Part shown: one piece after another, positions 41,801 through 48,064 of the stretch
How positions within the stretch are numbered: the stretch's first letter is position 1
Layout: each line of letters opens with the position of its first letter
IMG/VR virus record: IMGVR_UViG_3300028394_000045
Span: 64,001-128,000 of that record
Origin: a virus
Strand: one strand, 5' to 3'
DNA length: 64,000 bases
Notes under the pieces: generated by a model
Seen by the model: the letters and a program-made list of their open reading frames with translations, nothing else
What the model was told of the DNA's origin: nothing
Databases searched by the model: none
Position numbers and translations under genes: made by a program

Positions 41801-42036
41801 CCACTGCTACCAGCCAATACCGTTGGTTTGTGACAGATTTTGATCCGTTGGCTGTGGATTTTGTTGTGGATGACACTGCATATCCACCATTGCTACCACC
41901 TGTGGCCAATGTAGAAGTCACAATATTGGTACGCCACGGAGTGACTTGGTATCAACGCGGGCCGACCACTCCAAGTGATGGTATTGCTCTGCAAGATACT
42001 GAAACTATTGCTGCAAGGTTTTTACGTGGTCTATAA
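26896..42036 (+). CDS. Giant (5046 aa) baseplate wedge/adhesin protein (gp7-like position)
   Basis: Uninterrupted 15.1 kb ORF after gp6; FG-GAP-type repeats, W-x5-Y-x3-(D/Q)-x-V modules, cupredoxin-like insert, YIKEVKPYH wedge-type motif. Confidence 0.75.
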   Translation: MATVRSVDLLPQIFQTDTNKQFLAATLDQLTQEPKFKQTQGYIGRTVGPGVNPNDNYVVEPDAIRTDYQLEPGVVSLVPDTNTIKNAITYPGINDAVGFSGGDSARPDRLYESEYYSWDPFVDFDTFVNFSQYFWLPAGPDAVDVQAAAIPTTDNFAVTRENGVYTFSGVTGDNPVIDLVRGGSYTFQIAQNTKETVNYRVGNSGTSAYLLDGLRNPTLTLVRGNTYVFNLVFVGDFPFWIKTAPVTGVGDVYDTGVTRNGAVTGLVTFTVPQDAPSTLYYASQTQMNMQGTLNIVDGVPGTGPGFWIQAFPGVNGKDPNNPNISSRDVLGVSDNGTDLGTVVFNVPQKTAQNFYYSLTPFGVNSNGLVITPVDIICDLKFEQVNNQPVEQFLATYGGIDGTANLNGRTLVFTEPVTDAEAGGWQVNTFFDPLTETSSNNGLVGSYDTTFFSQSSPVPPEDRYQLWQINYVTVDHYTYMTLSKISDIPVLNKFTARYGIQYSNTQWYKTAAGVFERIPLLTAAQDILYYQDGTDPEIFGRIRLVEQTASTTLFIDAILGQPSYTSPNGVVFTNGLKVKFVGDVSPATYGSGTFPLVITAAQPGSNYLTTASTADLYVGEKIVFSQSIGGVLPGTYYVQSIAANGIQFSISTQKGGGAYPLDIGSGNVTATVVSDLEYYVSGVGTAIELLPVENFVTPELYVVDANDSTIYTEPDTTDYLTINRASLDRNAWSRSNRWFHTDVINATAKYNNAVATFDNNYRAKRPIIQFRPDIRLWNMGTEGKTPVDIIDFAQTDAFSNIEGSTGYTIDGYTLIDGSRVIFAADEDQSVRNKIYVVSFIVPDTVAPLIAQPIINLTPAEDGEVLADQCTVCLNGVTSAGVTFWFDGTNWIEAQQKTAVQQAPLFNVYNTSGYSFGDQTVYQSSTFSGSKLFSYAVGDTTIIDPILQFPLQYLNINNVGDIVFVNNLYKDTFLYVVDNASVTLDISSGSVREYDTRATYQRLIGWQTAATKSQTYQQFKFTYTGATLKLDVKANSSVNNTPPIKIYVGSVFQEPGVYSYLTTDTSTTITLNNTYIPGDIIEVLVLSDQTSATAFYQVPINLQNNPLNGNSPEFTLGTIRTHYESICQNLLTVQGPVNGSNNTRDLGNLVPYGLTILQQSAPMTLAGYFLRSPDYNIFASLSFAAREYNKYKYQLLDAVTQQTIGFDTISQILDTAIQNVTLGRVETQPFYWSDMLPSGAVYTTTTYTIGYTDTGSFDTVQVYNYRSANYLGMNVYLGEALLTRDRDYVVATDGPRITVLVDLPLGSQLVLQEYSATYGSFAPNTPTKLGLYPAFVPQVITQRASGGMVQVTQGHDGSITPLFNDIRDQVLLEFETRIYNNLKLDGNPVPLTIENVLPGQFRDTGFSYSEITNILNQDFLSYVGANKLDYRTQNFRADNKFTWNYSSAQNKLNSKENLLGAWRGINRYFYDTEQPQYTPWEMLGFSKQPLWWEGKYGPAPYTGDNLVLWDDLAAGYVADPVAPYFRPEYARPASIGSADEPPRSGIWGPGPYPSMAPVIPTGDEGQLLSPFNSTMGTYANAQFQKSWAPGDGGPVEASFWNSSSYPFAVMHVLAVTRTAKFFALFADRDLYRYNVEFGQYLLNDRYRLDANGIEVYGNGVSKASYIDWIVDYNRQSGINSTDELTADLASLDVRLCYRMASFSDKQYIKIFTEKSSPNSTNTTLMIPDQSYNLLLYKNQPFDRTSYSAVVIQNVTGGYAVYGYSAAQPYFNVLASKSTGQLRTITSGGATVRVPTFYTNTVVQVPYGTIFTNETSVCDFLLSYGQLLQQQGITFTDRANGYVLDWGQMCNEFLYWSQQGWGENALLNLNPLAAKLTVTREQAVVDSIAVQTIDNVLLDQNNRELPTRNLNVVRIGNTFVCEPLTTQTLSYIDLKYTTYEHMIVLDNQSVFGDLMYQPTTGARQNRLILIASNTADWTGQIDTPGFILNLDNVQEWTGLKRYTKGQIVKYKNVYWSALNIVQPSAQFNFNDWTQSDYTQIELGLLPNLANKADQLANSYNINSANLETDNDLLSYGLIGFRPRQYMAALNLDDVSQLNVYRQFLGSKGTIISAELFSNANLGKEAADYSIYENWAVLRATYGANANRSFVELRLNRAYLSSNPSLVQVVLPQQASSADQQILFSDIWKQSYKLTSPDFMPTTTVSPTDIQLPTAGYVNLNDADITVFDINDLGNISANLDAIAVGTSIWVAKVNDYDWNIYRAQAVPGAIQHVCDNLDGTSRVIFSQPHGLSYSDTLIINFFDSEVNGVYNVLSVPNITTVNIAFQFTNQRTVADGTGLGFTLKTMRVAQASDVINLPYANDILPGAIVWVDNNGEDLWEVIQKQDVFTSSSQISPVLLDAGEQYGSAVAQASARAALFVGSPRYGFGTVTEKGAVYVYVKNSGDTYSPVSPIADADGILTLDRTGVRGYGNAIDFGNQTWAVAGASKSLGPSSETNNGYAAVIYRDPALGQPGVNPFAQWQLLTLPGTTTSTTPGAGEFGYSVAMSLDERWMYVGAPGLNTVYAYGRVTWEDQFITVLGDGVTTQFLIGNVIQIDNSSQLKVTLDGNIQLSGYSVDAAFNKVTFTTAPASGVLIKMQRISSQQLDAQTYYDVPQTSTSGSGLGAKFTIIRVRGEVGQPGSTQGGVGATSFGSGYAVGNTITIAGASFGGTNNIVLTITSIGTGGTLGNFNIAYTAPTLATVFSLNEYFFTATNIYSFSIEVNNVLYRPNIDYTFSTVTQDLTFTGTGPAAGAVIVARAKSYFTYINSITAIGLSSSDRFGHSISCTTDGRQLLIGTPYSTESGNVEAGSVYVFDRNVQRFIYGEDGSTVTFTLLGTPVAPIGVIVNNVFLTNQTDSVVGADNTFYWNGANTVTINADLQYGDVIEIETNQFAQVQELTQNTIANFSNFGQTVDICSYDCSLYSGVPQSSVQIYKGGVVERDVNQSRIYGTITSTVANAALTSGNTLRVNNMDVTVPAAWSSLTTYNKNDVVYNLSGTTYTIYLALQAVPAATALSNASYWSSVTTTTVAASIYVRALAAHINSTVPNVVAIVDSTGYLTVSVKNSNAAPAFNKLQVAPGSVGTAFTTLAFKTFAFTQTILSPYPVKYGAFGSSVSVSDQATTVVVGAPNGTLYLITVFDDGTTDFDADSTTFITTVNNSGAVYAYDYLPSSTLSISNPGQFIFGQQINNSQINTLDGFGTAVNYIDGILVAGAPKNDVGDSTADYGRVFVFQNPDRNPAWTVIRQQQPVVDIRLINGVFAYDRVTSATTQFFDFFDPLQGKILGAARQNIDYIGGIDPANYNIGPTSINGATWWDGHTSEVWWDTSTVRFIDPNQDDITYASRRWGQLFPGSSVDVYQWILSPVPPINYTGPGTPYSTISYSINTRLTRDGIFATEYYFWVRGITTTATQQGKTLSVATVARYITDPKSSGITYMAPINASTIALYNAAEYIVASDTVINISFDREATDSNVHTEYELIAEGKPDAFLSTNLYRKLQDSFCGVDTFGNNVPDPNLGPAERYGVQFRPRQSMFVDRFAALKNYLTRVNDVLSMYSISESRSFNLLNSAEPEPSAATGLWNLRVANLEILGFQNIYTVPLGYRYLVVTDSDNKGLWTIYTVAASDQTAGKRLLRLSFVQGYNTADYWSYIDWYLPGYNSSSKVIATIPNKAGLDTLTVAVGSSVKITANAQGKWEIYLLTDAGWERVGLQDGTIAFSAELWDYQLGRFGFDIEVFDAQYYDQEPVKETRKIIQAINEELLIDELAIERNRALTLVFNFVLSEFSAPEWLVKTSLIDVDHRIRNLVPYQNYRRDNQEFVLDYIKEVKPYHVQLREFNLRYNGLDQFQGSLTDFDLPAYYNTTLTTPQYTSPILLPYQHGSSDVANFLSDLPANSTVWNTFPYDQWYNNYLLTLTAVTIVDNGTGYTEPPIVIVGDAWTSNTSVTINQQLFYANNNTTNLYTVVVDGITGIEPPTFTTSGLQTNGTATLAYAGLAAEATAVINSLGQVVAVNVTYSDAVYRSTPSISFSGGGGVGSGAIAYARITPGLARSFKTTIKYDRFQYFSDVRDWSPSGTYQDGQLVRYDDRVWQAASADSTAVVGPTFNLEDWTLIPARDLTGVDRTMGLYVAGPNQPGLDLPLLIDGVDYPGVQVYGNYFLDTAPEDAIYASTFTDTTLGNTFTSINVDGGEFIGLYEGHAPEELVNGAEFDTLDLRVYTRPGADWNRDGHGFQLADTRYLYEAAVTDTFSWAGLVENPVGIFVTNTTTNLPLALNIDYSVDWVLQTITVLTVANGDILSVTAYELGGGNQLYRDNFTGTGSQTTIIPVNSAQIISIAVFVNGVSTTVVGWTPYTPSVDWNQLNSYAKQDLVNTNDGSSAETYYRALKDVPAGIDIADPLYWLEYVPTLQSIVDLGAVYDDTDGIALVAFGVSVIDAGYFIIGRQYTITEVGTTNFVAIGAGANTVGTVFTASGIGSGTGKASTVYSWSAPQTQYIVADSNFVTFKSTTLTNSVQGSNLANMIVDRNGLRLQPPEGREWTSDGSSLAFALPNRGGYSQSIINATTDVIVWVDNILQQQSIGGVPGVYSVTPYSGTNDREVVFNVPPPAGARILITVTTQAGYQLAGTTLQIVGAVNLDDLFSVTTFNDTSQQYPLTLVFNGPIVTGVEIVDPFDPLPNDPAYNSQPGSFDYATVNDTQWSYSYSKGDAVYDNQFWLERANVNAARLWVTLDGYALTNSIDYTVEGEYLILGSGAIEPGQIMAITEVTSSIVPDAMAFRIFQDMRGVQATYRITPASTTALMQPLTATGNIMYVEDANALGQPNLDIGVFGVCTVNGERIMYRGINLVDNSINGLMRGTAGTAAADHDTGAAVYDLSRGNLLQSSYQDYIVSDTSIGDGSTTVFYAPSINVDDFVDSSSEAPAIEVYVAGIRQYAYSDTTATSQYRWFVTDFDPLAVDFVVDDTAYPPLLPPVANVEVTILVRHGVTWYQRGPTTPSDGIALQDTETIAARFLRGL

Positions 42037-42055
42037 ACAAGGTAAATAAAATATC

Positions 42056-42205
42056 ATGCCAACTACAACGCCAACCAAGCCAGTGATACCTGTGCCAGCA
42101 CCACGGCCCAAAAAGCCCAATGAAAATGGGACAATTTCGGTGCAAGCTCACATGAGGATCTACGATCCAAAAACACAAAAAACCTATGTGGAGGGGCGAG
42201 CATGA
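42056..42205 (+). CDS. Small 49-aa protein not in the ORF track
   Basis: MPTTTPTKPVIPVPAPRPKKPNENGTISVQAHMRIYDPKTQKTYVEGRA; TAAATA at 42043-42048; ATGA overlap with the next gene. Confidence 0.65.
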   Translation: MPTTTPTKPVIPVPAPRPKKPNENGTISVQAHMRIYDPKTQKTYVEGRA

Positions 42206-42807
42206 TCACTCCAGGGCTGTGCAAAATTGAAGGATTTGTAAAGATACATGATCCAAATTCCGGAGAAATATTAGTGGATAAAAAGAATGCTATCCACTAT
42301 GAAAACATCTCTATCGCTATGGCGCAAACTCTGAGCAATAGAGATCTAGGATATATCTATCTAATGGCATTCGGCAATGGTGGCAGTTCGGTGGATCCAA
42401 CCGGTGTAATCACATATCTACCCCCGAATACCACTGGGCAAAATGCAGACTTATACAATCAAACCTATCAAAAAGTAGTGGATGATAATTCAGCAGCTGA
42501 CACTGATCCTGAAAATAACAAAATGACTGTGTTACACACATCGGGTAATCTTTACACTGATATTTTGGTAAGTTGCTTGCTGGATTATGGCGAGCCTCCA
42601 ACACAGCAGGCTTTTGATAATTCAACCAATTTCAATGGTGAATATGTTTTTGACGAACTAGGTCTAAAATCCTGGAATGGATCGTCGGAAAATCTTCGAT
42701 TGATTACGCACGTAATTTTCCACCCAGTGCAAAAGAGTTTAAATCGGCAAATACAGATCGACTACACGCTGCGGATCCAGACATTGACTAACATCAATGC
42801 TGTATAA
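42202..42807 (+). CDS. Virion structural protein (baseplate/tail-fibre attachment)
   Basis: MAFGNGG, FDELGL, THVIFHPVQKSLNR.I.IDYTLRI resemble fibre-attachment/baseplate domains. Confidence 0.6.
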   Translation: MITPGLCKIEGFVKIHDPNSGEILVDKKNAIHYENISIAMAQTLSNRDLGYIYLMAFGNGGSSVDPTGVITYLPPNTTGQNADLYNQTYQKVVDDNSAADTDPENNKMTVLHTSGNLYTDILVSCLLDYGEPPTQQAFDNSTNFNGEYVFDELGLKSWNGSSENLRLITHVIFHPVQKSLNRQIQIDYTLRIQTLTNINAV

Positions 42808-42836
42808 ATATTGATAACAGGAACAGGTAATTCAAA

Positions 42837-44843
42837 ATGGCATACACAATCAATCTAACTAACGGTACAATTTTTGCTACTGTCGCAGATGGTACCGTTA
42901 ATACCGCTAGTAGCATGACACTGGTAGGTAAAAACTACGCCGGCTACGGTGAATTTCTAGACGAAAACTTTATCCACTTGCTGGAAAATGCTGCAAATAC
43001 CACTGCACCAGGTGCACCGCTCACTGGGCAATTATGGTGGGACAGCACCAACGCATTGATGAAAGTGTACAACGGTACAGCTTTCAAGGTCATGACCGGA
43101 TCTACCAGCGCATCCAGCGCACCCAGCAATGTTATCACAGGCGACCTATGGTGGGACACAACCAATTCGCAATTGAAAGTTTACAACGGCGCTTCCTGGA
43201 CTGTGGTCGGCCCAGCCTACACTTCTGCTGAAGGAACAGCAGGTGCTATTCCAGAAACGATCACTGATTCGGGCGCTACTCCTCACTATGTGACCAGCTT
43301 GTATGTGAACAATACCAGAGTGGCCATCGTCAGCAAGGATTCCAGTTTTACCCCATCCTCGCCTACCGTTACCACATTCCCTACCATATACAATGGTATT
43401 ACACTGTATAACACTGGTTCTCCTGTGTTTGCAGGCACAGTGACCAATGCAGCATTGTTGGATAACTTGGACAGTACTGACTTCATGCGCGCCACGGCCA
43501 ACACATCCACTACCGGCACATTGGCTGTGCTAAACAATTTTGGGCTTACTGTGGGTGCTGCTAACGTATTTGCAGTGAATACCACCACCACTGATGCCAA
43601 TATCAAGAGTGCAATCTCCGGCGGCAACTTGGTGATCCAGGCCAACGTGGGCGGCACAACTTATAACGTAGCTCAAGCAGTTGGTGCCAATGGTACGTTT
43701 GCTGTGTCAAATGCCATGACTGCTGGCACTACAATTTCTGCTACAGGCAACATCACAGGTGGTAATCTACGAACTGCTGCGCAGGTTAGTGCAACTGGTA
43801 ACGTAACTGGTGGAAATATTATTTCTGTTGCTGCGGTGTCGGGTGTATCACTGGTATCTTCGGGCAACGTGGATAGCGGCAACTTGCGCACCAGCGGATT
43901 GATCTCAGCGGCAGGCAATATTACTGCCGCAGCTAATGTGGCAGGCACTTTCTTCCTGGGCAACGGTAGTCAATTGACCGGTCTAAGTCTGGGTGTTAGT
44001 GTTACCAAGTTTGTTAATGGCACCAGCGAAGGTAATGTGGGTGCTACCAACGGCAACATCAACTTTAACGTGGCTGGTGTAAGCAATGTGGTAGTGATTG
44101 ATACCACCACTTTGTATGCCAATGTACTGAGCGCACAGAGCATCACCAAATCTGGATCCAACGCCGTTGGTAATATTGGATCCAGCACCAGCTTCTTCAA
44201 CACTGTGTTTGGTAACATTTACAATGGCAGTATCCTCAGTGTAACAGGTACCGTAACTGCTGCCGGGGCAGTATTGTCAGGGAACGTCAGTGCTAGCGGT
44301 TATCAAGGAACCACACTTTCGGTGACTGGCAATATCACCGGCGCCAACATAAGTACGTCTAGCATCGCCAAAACTGGCAGCAATGCAGTGGGCAACATCG
44401 GTAGTTCTAGCAATTACTTCAATCAAGTGTTTGCCACAGCTACCACAGCTTTATATGCTGACGTTGCTGAACGCTTTGCAGCCGATGATGTATTAGAACC
44501 GGGCACAGTGGTCGAATTAGGTGGAACCCAAGAGATCACTAGATCTGTTGTGGATCTAAGTGAAAATGTTTTTGGTGTTATCAGCACAAACCCAGCATAC
44601 ACCATGAATGGCGGAGCAGGAGAAGATTCCACTCACCCCAAAGTGGCCATGACCGGACGTGTTCCAGTCAAGGTTGTTGGCGTTATCCGCAAAGGCGATC
44701 GATTGGTTTCTGCAGGCGCTGGCCTGGCAAGAGCAGCAAAAACAGGGGAAGCTACGGCATTCAATGTAATTGGAAGAAGTCTGGTTGACAAACACACCCA
44801 GGATTCAGGTACAATTGAAGCCATAGTAACCATCAAGAACTAA
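42837..44843 (+). CDS. Tail fibre protein with C-terminal intramolecular chaperone/peptidase-like domain
   Basis: GKNYAGYG...ENF, two GxLWWD repeats, GNITGGN repeats, YADVAERF...GVIST.P...GRVPVKV...KGDRLV; TATAAATA at 42803-42810. Confidence 0.8.
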   Translation: MAYTINLTNGTIFATVADGTVNTASSMTLVGKNYAGYGEFLDENFIHLLENAANTTAPGAPLTGQLWWDSTNALMKVYNGTAFKVMTGSTSASSAPSNVITGDLWWDTTNSQLKVYNGASWTVVGPAYTSAEGTAGAIPETITDSGATPHYVTSLYVNNTRVAIVSKDSSFTPSSPTVTTFPTIYNGITLYNTGSPVFAGTVTNAALLDNLDSTDFMRATANTSTTGTLAVLNNFGLTVGAANVFAVNTTTTDANIKSAISGGNLVIQANVGGTTYNVAQAVGANGTFAVSNAMTAGTTISATGNITGGNLRTAAQVSATGNVTGGNIISVAAVSGVSLVSSGNVDSGNLRTSGLISAAGNITAAANVAGTFFLGNGSQLTGLSLGVSVTKFVNGTSEGNVGATNGNINFNVAGVSNVVVIDTTTLYANVLSAQSITKSGSNAVGNIGSSTSFFNTVFGNIYNGSILSVTGTVTAAGAVLSGNVSASGYQGTTLSVTGNITGANISTSSIAKTGSNAVGNIGSSSNYFNQVFATATTALYADVAERFAADDVLEPGTVVELGGTQEITRSVVDLSENVFGVISTNPAYTMNGGAGEDSTHPKVAMTGRVPVKVVGVIRKGDRLVSAGAGLARAAKTGEATAFNVIGRSLVDKHTQDSGTIEAIVTIKN

Positions 44844-44857
44844 ACAGGAACTGACCA

Positions 44858-45823
44858 ATGACTTATTCATCAGGTGGATTAATTCAAGCAACAGACTATA
44901 ATGGTTTTGTTAGCACAACGGCCAATGCTAATATCAATGATGTTTGGAATACTGCGTATGGGCAAACTGCGTTAGCCACAGTGGCTGCTGCCGGCACAGT
45001 ATCTGCCACCCAATGGGCCAGTCTGGTCAATACTTTGAGCAGTCTAGGAAGCCATACCAATACGACTCTTACCGCAAGGTCGGCCCCCACTGCTGGTAGT
45101 ACAATCAGTGTGCTAGCAGCAGTCAACACCGATCTTACCAATGTTACCACCAACAGATACAATGCAGTTTCACAAGGCACGCAATACACTGGGTGGACCG
45201 GTACCAACTCTAAGACAGGCGGTACATCGGGTGCAGCATGGACCATAACATTTACAAACACAGTGACATTCTCCAGTGCTGCGGCTGCCGGATATTTTTT
45301 CAACGCCGGTGGCACTATCAAAATTCAAGTAGCCAAATCTAGTACCGGGCTCACCGGCGATCCACCGTGGAATGACTTGTCCAGCACACTATGCGGTGCC
45401 ATTTATCTTACCGCTGGTGCAGCATCAGCCACCATCGCTGGTACAGCATACACAGGTACAACCAAGATCGGCGGGACAGGAACCCCGGCAATTTTATCAA
45501 CTGGAACTGGATGGAATCAACTTGCATCTGGTGCTGCTGCCACAATCGTTTACAAACAATTTTCTGCAACTGCACCATATACCACTGACTTTATCCAACA
45601 CAGTTTGGCCAAAGATGCAACTGGGTCTGTTCTCACCATCACAACCCTTTGGTCTGCCAACGATTCTGGCCCCGGAGATCCTGACCCAATATCAGGCGGA
45701 ACTGCTGCCAGTGGCGCCACTCCAGGAACTGCACCTTGTACCATTGTCACATACTTTCCCCCAGAAACAACATATCTTTCTAATACATGGGGAACTCCAA
45801 CAGTGACTGCCACCACTGTCTGA
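44858..45823 (+). CDS. Thr/Ala/Gly-rich virion structural (fibre-associated) protein
   Basis: MTYSSGGLIQATDYN, FFNAGG; last gene before the terminator. Confidence 0.6.
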   Translation: MTYSSGGLIQATDYNGFVSTTANANINDVWNTAYGQTALATVAAAGTVSATQWASLVNTLSSLGSHTNTTLTARSAPTAGSTISVLAAVNTDLTNVTTNRYNAVSQGTQYTGWTGTNSKTGGTSGAAWTITFTNTVTFSSAAAAGYFFNAGGTIKIQVAKSSTGLTGDPPWNDLSSTLCGAIYLTAGAASATIAGTAYTGTTKIGGTGTPAILSTGTGWNQLASGAAATIVYKQFSATAPYTTDFIQHSLAKDATGSVLTITTLWSANDSGPGDPDPISGGTAASGATPGTAPCTIVTYFPPETTYLSNTWGTPTVTATTV

Positions 45824-45825
45824 TC

Positions 45826-45853
45826 GTAAAGGGTCCAAAAACCCTTTACTTTT
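45826..45853 (+). terminator. Intrinsic terminator ending the structural operon
   Basis: GTAAAGGGT-CCAAAA-ACCCTTTAC 9 bp stem followed by TTTT. Confidence 0.75.
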
Positions 45854-45873
45854 GATTGCATATCGTGTAATAT
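45845..45873 (+). promoter_or_regulatory. Possible sigma70-like promoter for the modification operon
   Basis: TTTACT-17nt-TAATAT ending 6 nt before ATG 45880. Confidence 0.4.
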
Positions 45874-45879
45874 GCACAT

Positions 45880-46185
45880 ATGGACACAGAAAGTTTAATC
45901 TCACATGCCCGCTCTAGATTCAATCACGAATCTGCTAGACGCTTGCTTAAAGAAAAATATGAGGCTCGGATGCTGTTTGCCCACGCCGGTGGTATGTGGC
46001 GCGCTGGTCCTGAACTCTTGGTATTACTGGCCACTGTGCCACCTGGTGACGCAGTAATATTAGACTTGTACGAAACACCAGTAAAAATCAATCCTGAACA
46101 ACTGAGACTCATGGCCATGCAACACTGGCAAGAACAGATGAATGCCTGGTTAGTAGAACATGATGAGTTAAGCAAAAAACGATGA
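45880..46185 (+). CDS. Hypothetical protein
   Basis: ORF after the terminator, ATGA-coupled to the GT gene. Confidence 0.6.
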   Translation: MDTESLISHARSRFNHESARRLLKEKYEARMLFAHAGGMWRAGPELLVLLATVPPGDAVILDLYETPVKINPEQLRLMAMQHWQEQMNAWLVEHDELSKKR

Positions 46186-47021
46186 CCACTGGTGCATTGA
46201 TATTTGCGTTCAATAATGAAAAAACTGACTATATAGCCATGGCAGCTTGGTCGGCACGAAACATACACAGACATCTTGAGATTCCGGTAGCAGTGGTCAC
46301 TGACTATGAATACCATGCAGATCTGTCAGTATTCGATCAAGTGATCTTTTCAGAGTCCAGCTCAGGTGGCTCAAGGAATTTTGAAGATTACCAAGCAACC
46401 GTGACCTGGCACAACGCCGGCAGACCCGATGCATACCATCTCACACCCTGGCACAATACTCTATTATTGGATGCTGACTACATAGTGGCCAGCGACAATT
46501 TACGTGGCATCTGTAGCAACGGTAGAGATCTGCAGGCCTACGCAAGGTCTGTGGATGTGCATGGAAGGCAAGACCTAGATTGGTTTGGAAATCCGTTGAT
46601 GCCCATGTCATGGGCCACGGTGGTGCAATTTCAAAAATGCCCACAGGCCAAATACATATTTGATTGCATGAACATGATCAAACAGCACTGGCAGCATTAC
46701 AGAGATATCTACCATATTCACAGCAGCACATACCGCAATGATTACTCACTGAGCATGGCCATGAACATCGTGAATGGGCATGTGCTACCCCACAATGCAA
46801 TCTTGGGTGCATTGACCAATGTGTATCCCAGTGACACACTGACACAAACGCAGGAAGATTGCTATCGTATCACATGGACAGATTCAGCTGGAAAGAAACA
46901 CCATGTGGATCTAGCCAATCAGGATCTGCATGCCATGGGCAAAAGAGATTTAGAGGTCATAGTTGAAAGTCATAGAAGAGCAAGGCTATCTCATAGCAGC
47001 CTGGAACTCGCCCACGGTTGA
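46182..47021 (+). CDS. GT-A fold glycosyltransferase-like protein
   Basis: GALIFAFN, VAVVTD, TPWHNTLLLDADY (DxD), YRNDY, HAMGK. Confidence 0.7.
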   Translation: MTTGALIFAFNNEKTDYIAMAAWSARNIHRHLEIPVAVVTDYEYHADLSVFDQVIFSESSSGGSRNFEDYQATVTWHNAGRPDAYHLTPWHNTLLLDADYIVASDNLRGICSNGRDLQAYARSVDVHGRQDLDWFGNPLMPMSWATVVQFQKCPQAKYIFDCMNMIKQHWQHYRDIYHIHSSTYRNDYSLSMAMNIVNGHVLPHNAILGALTNVYPSDTLTQTQEDCYRITWTDSAGKKHHVDLANQDLHAMGKRDLEVIVESHRRARLSHSSLELAHG

Positions 47022-47736
47022 TTACTTCAACTGCGCGAAGTCACTGGCACAAACACTCAAGCACTGGCATCCTGATGCCAGGGTGTGCTTGGTCACGGAT
47101 CAAGATGTCACAGATACTGTATTTGATCATGTGCGTGTGATCACACGAGTCAATCTTGACAATGCCTACGCAGATGATTGGCAAGTGTTCTATCAATCTC
47201 CATTCCGAGAAACCATCAAACTGGAAGCCGACATGTGGATCACCAGTTCAATCGATCACTGGTGGAACCTGTTCCGCAAGCGTGATCTGGTGATCAGCAC
47301 AGGTTGCAGAACCTGGCAAGATCGGGCCAGCCCAGCAAGAAATTATCGCCGAGTGTTTGATGCAAACAACTTGCCCGATGTGTATAACGCTATCACTTAC
47401 TGGAGACTGAGCCCAACTGCAAAAGAGTTCTTTGGGCTGGTGCGTAACATATTCGAGCATTGGGCAGAGTACCGCAAACTACTGAAGTTTCCAGAAGATG
47501 TGCCATCAACTGATCTTGTGTATGCTGTGGCAGCACACATAATAGGACCCGAATCAGTGACTTTGCCGTTTGCTACATATCCCCGGATAGTGCATATGAA
47601 ACGGCATCATGCTGGTACCCAAACAGAAAACTGGACCAAAGAGCTGATCTGGGAATGGGATCGAGGAAATCTGCGTGTTCAGACCCTAGCACAATCAGGA
47701 GCATTTCACTATCATGTCAAACCAACCCTTAACTGA
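46963..47736 (+). CDS. GT-A fold glycosyltransferase-like protein
   Basis: VCLVTD, SPFRETIKLEADM (ExD), STD, FHYHVK; paralogous to the upstream gene; TTG start. Confidence 0.65.
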   Translation: MKVIEEQGYLIAAWNSPTVDYFNCAKSLAQTLKHWHPDARVCLVTDQDVTDTVFDHVRVITRVNLDNAYADDWQVFYQSPFRETIKLEADMWITSSIDHWWNLFRKRDLVISTGCRTWQDRASPARNYRRVFDANNLPDVYNAITYWRLSPTAKEFFGLVRNIFEHWAEYRKLLKFPEDVPSTDLVYAVAAHIIGPESVTLPFATYPRIVHMKRHHAGTQTENWTKELIWEWDRGNLRVQTLAQSGAFHYHVKPTLN

Positions 47737-48064
47737 AGAACAATTCTGGGCTGCATTGTATGCAATGCCCGAGCCTCGACCGGTGTTCTTTAGATTGTAC
47801 CACGACGATCAAGGACGTATATTATTCTACAGCATGGAAGATGTTCCAGGTACATATATTGAGATTGATGCCGAGACTTTTGCGCGGTCCTACACCAACA
47901 TGAGAGTGAAGGATGGAAAGTTGATTGAAATAGCACGGACCACCAGTGTAAAACTCATTCCCGGAGACACTGGCACACCTTGTGATCCTACTGATGTGAG
48001 CATAGTGGTGTCAGAACAACAACCCACTACCAAATGGAGCAAAAGAACATATGAATCAAATTGA
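47714..48064 (+). CDS. Hypothetical protein
   Basis: Coupled ORF inside the GT cluster (FRLYHDDQG). Confidence 0.55.
   Translation: MSNQPLTEEQFWAALYAMPEPRPVFFRLYHDDQGRILFYSMEDVPGTYIEIDAETFARSYTNMRVKDGKLIEIARTTSVKLIPGDTGTPCDPTDVSIVVSEQQPTTKWSKRTYESN

Noticed and set aside
26896-42036. Intein or intron explaining the giant ORF
   Set aside because: No intein splice motifs with LAGLIDADG blocks were recognised and the frame is uninterrupted.
14843-45904. Many 60-200 aa antisense or alternate-frame ORFs inside structural genes
   Set aside because: Expected shadows of Ala/Gly/Thr-rich coding sequence; no RBS, motifs or coupling.
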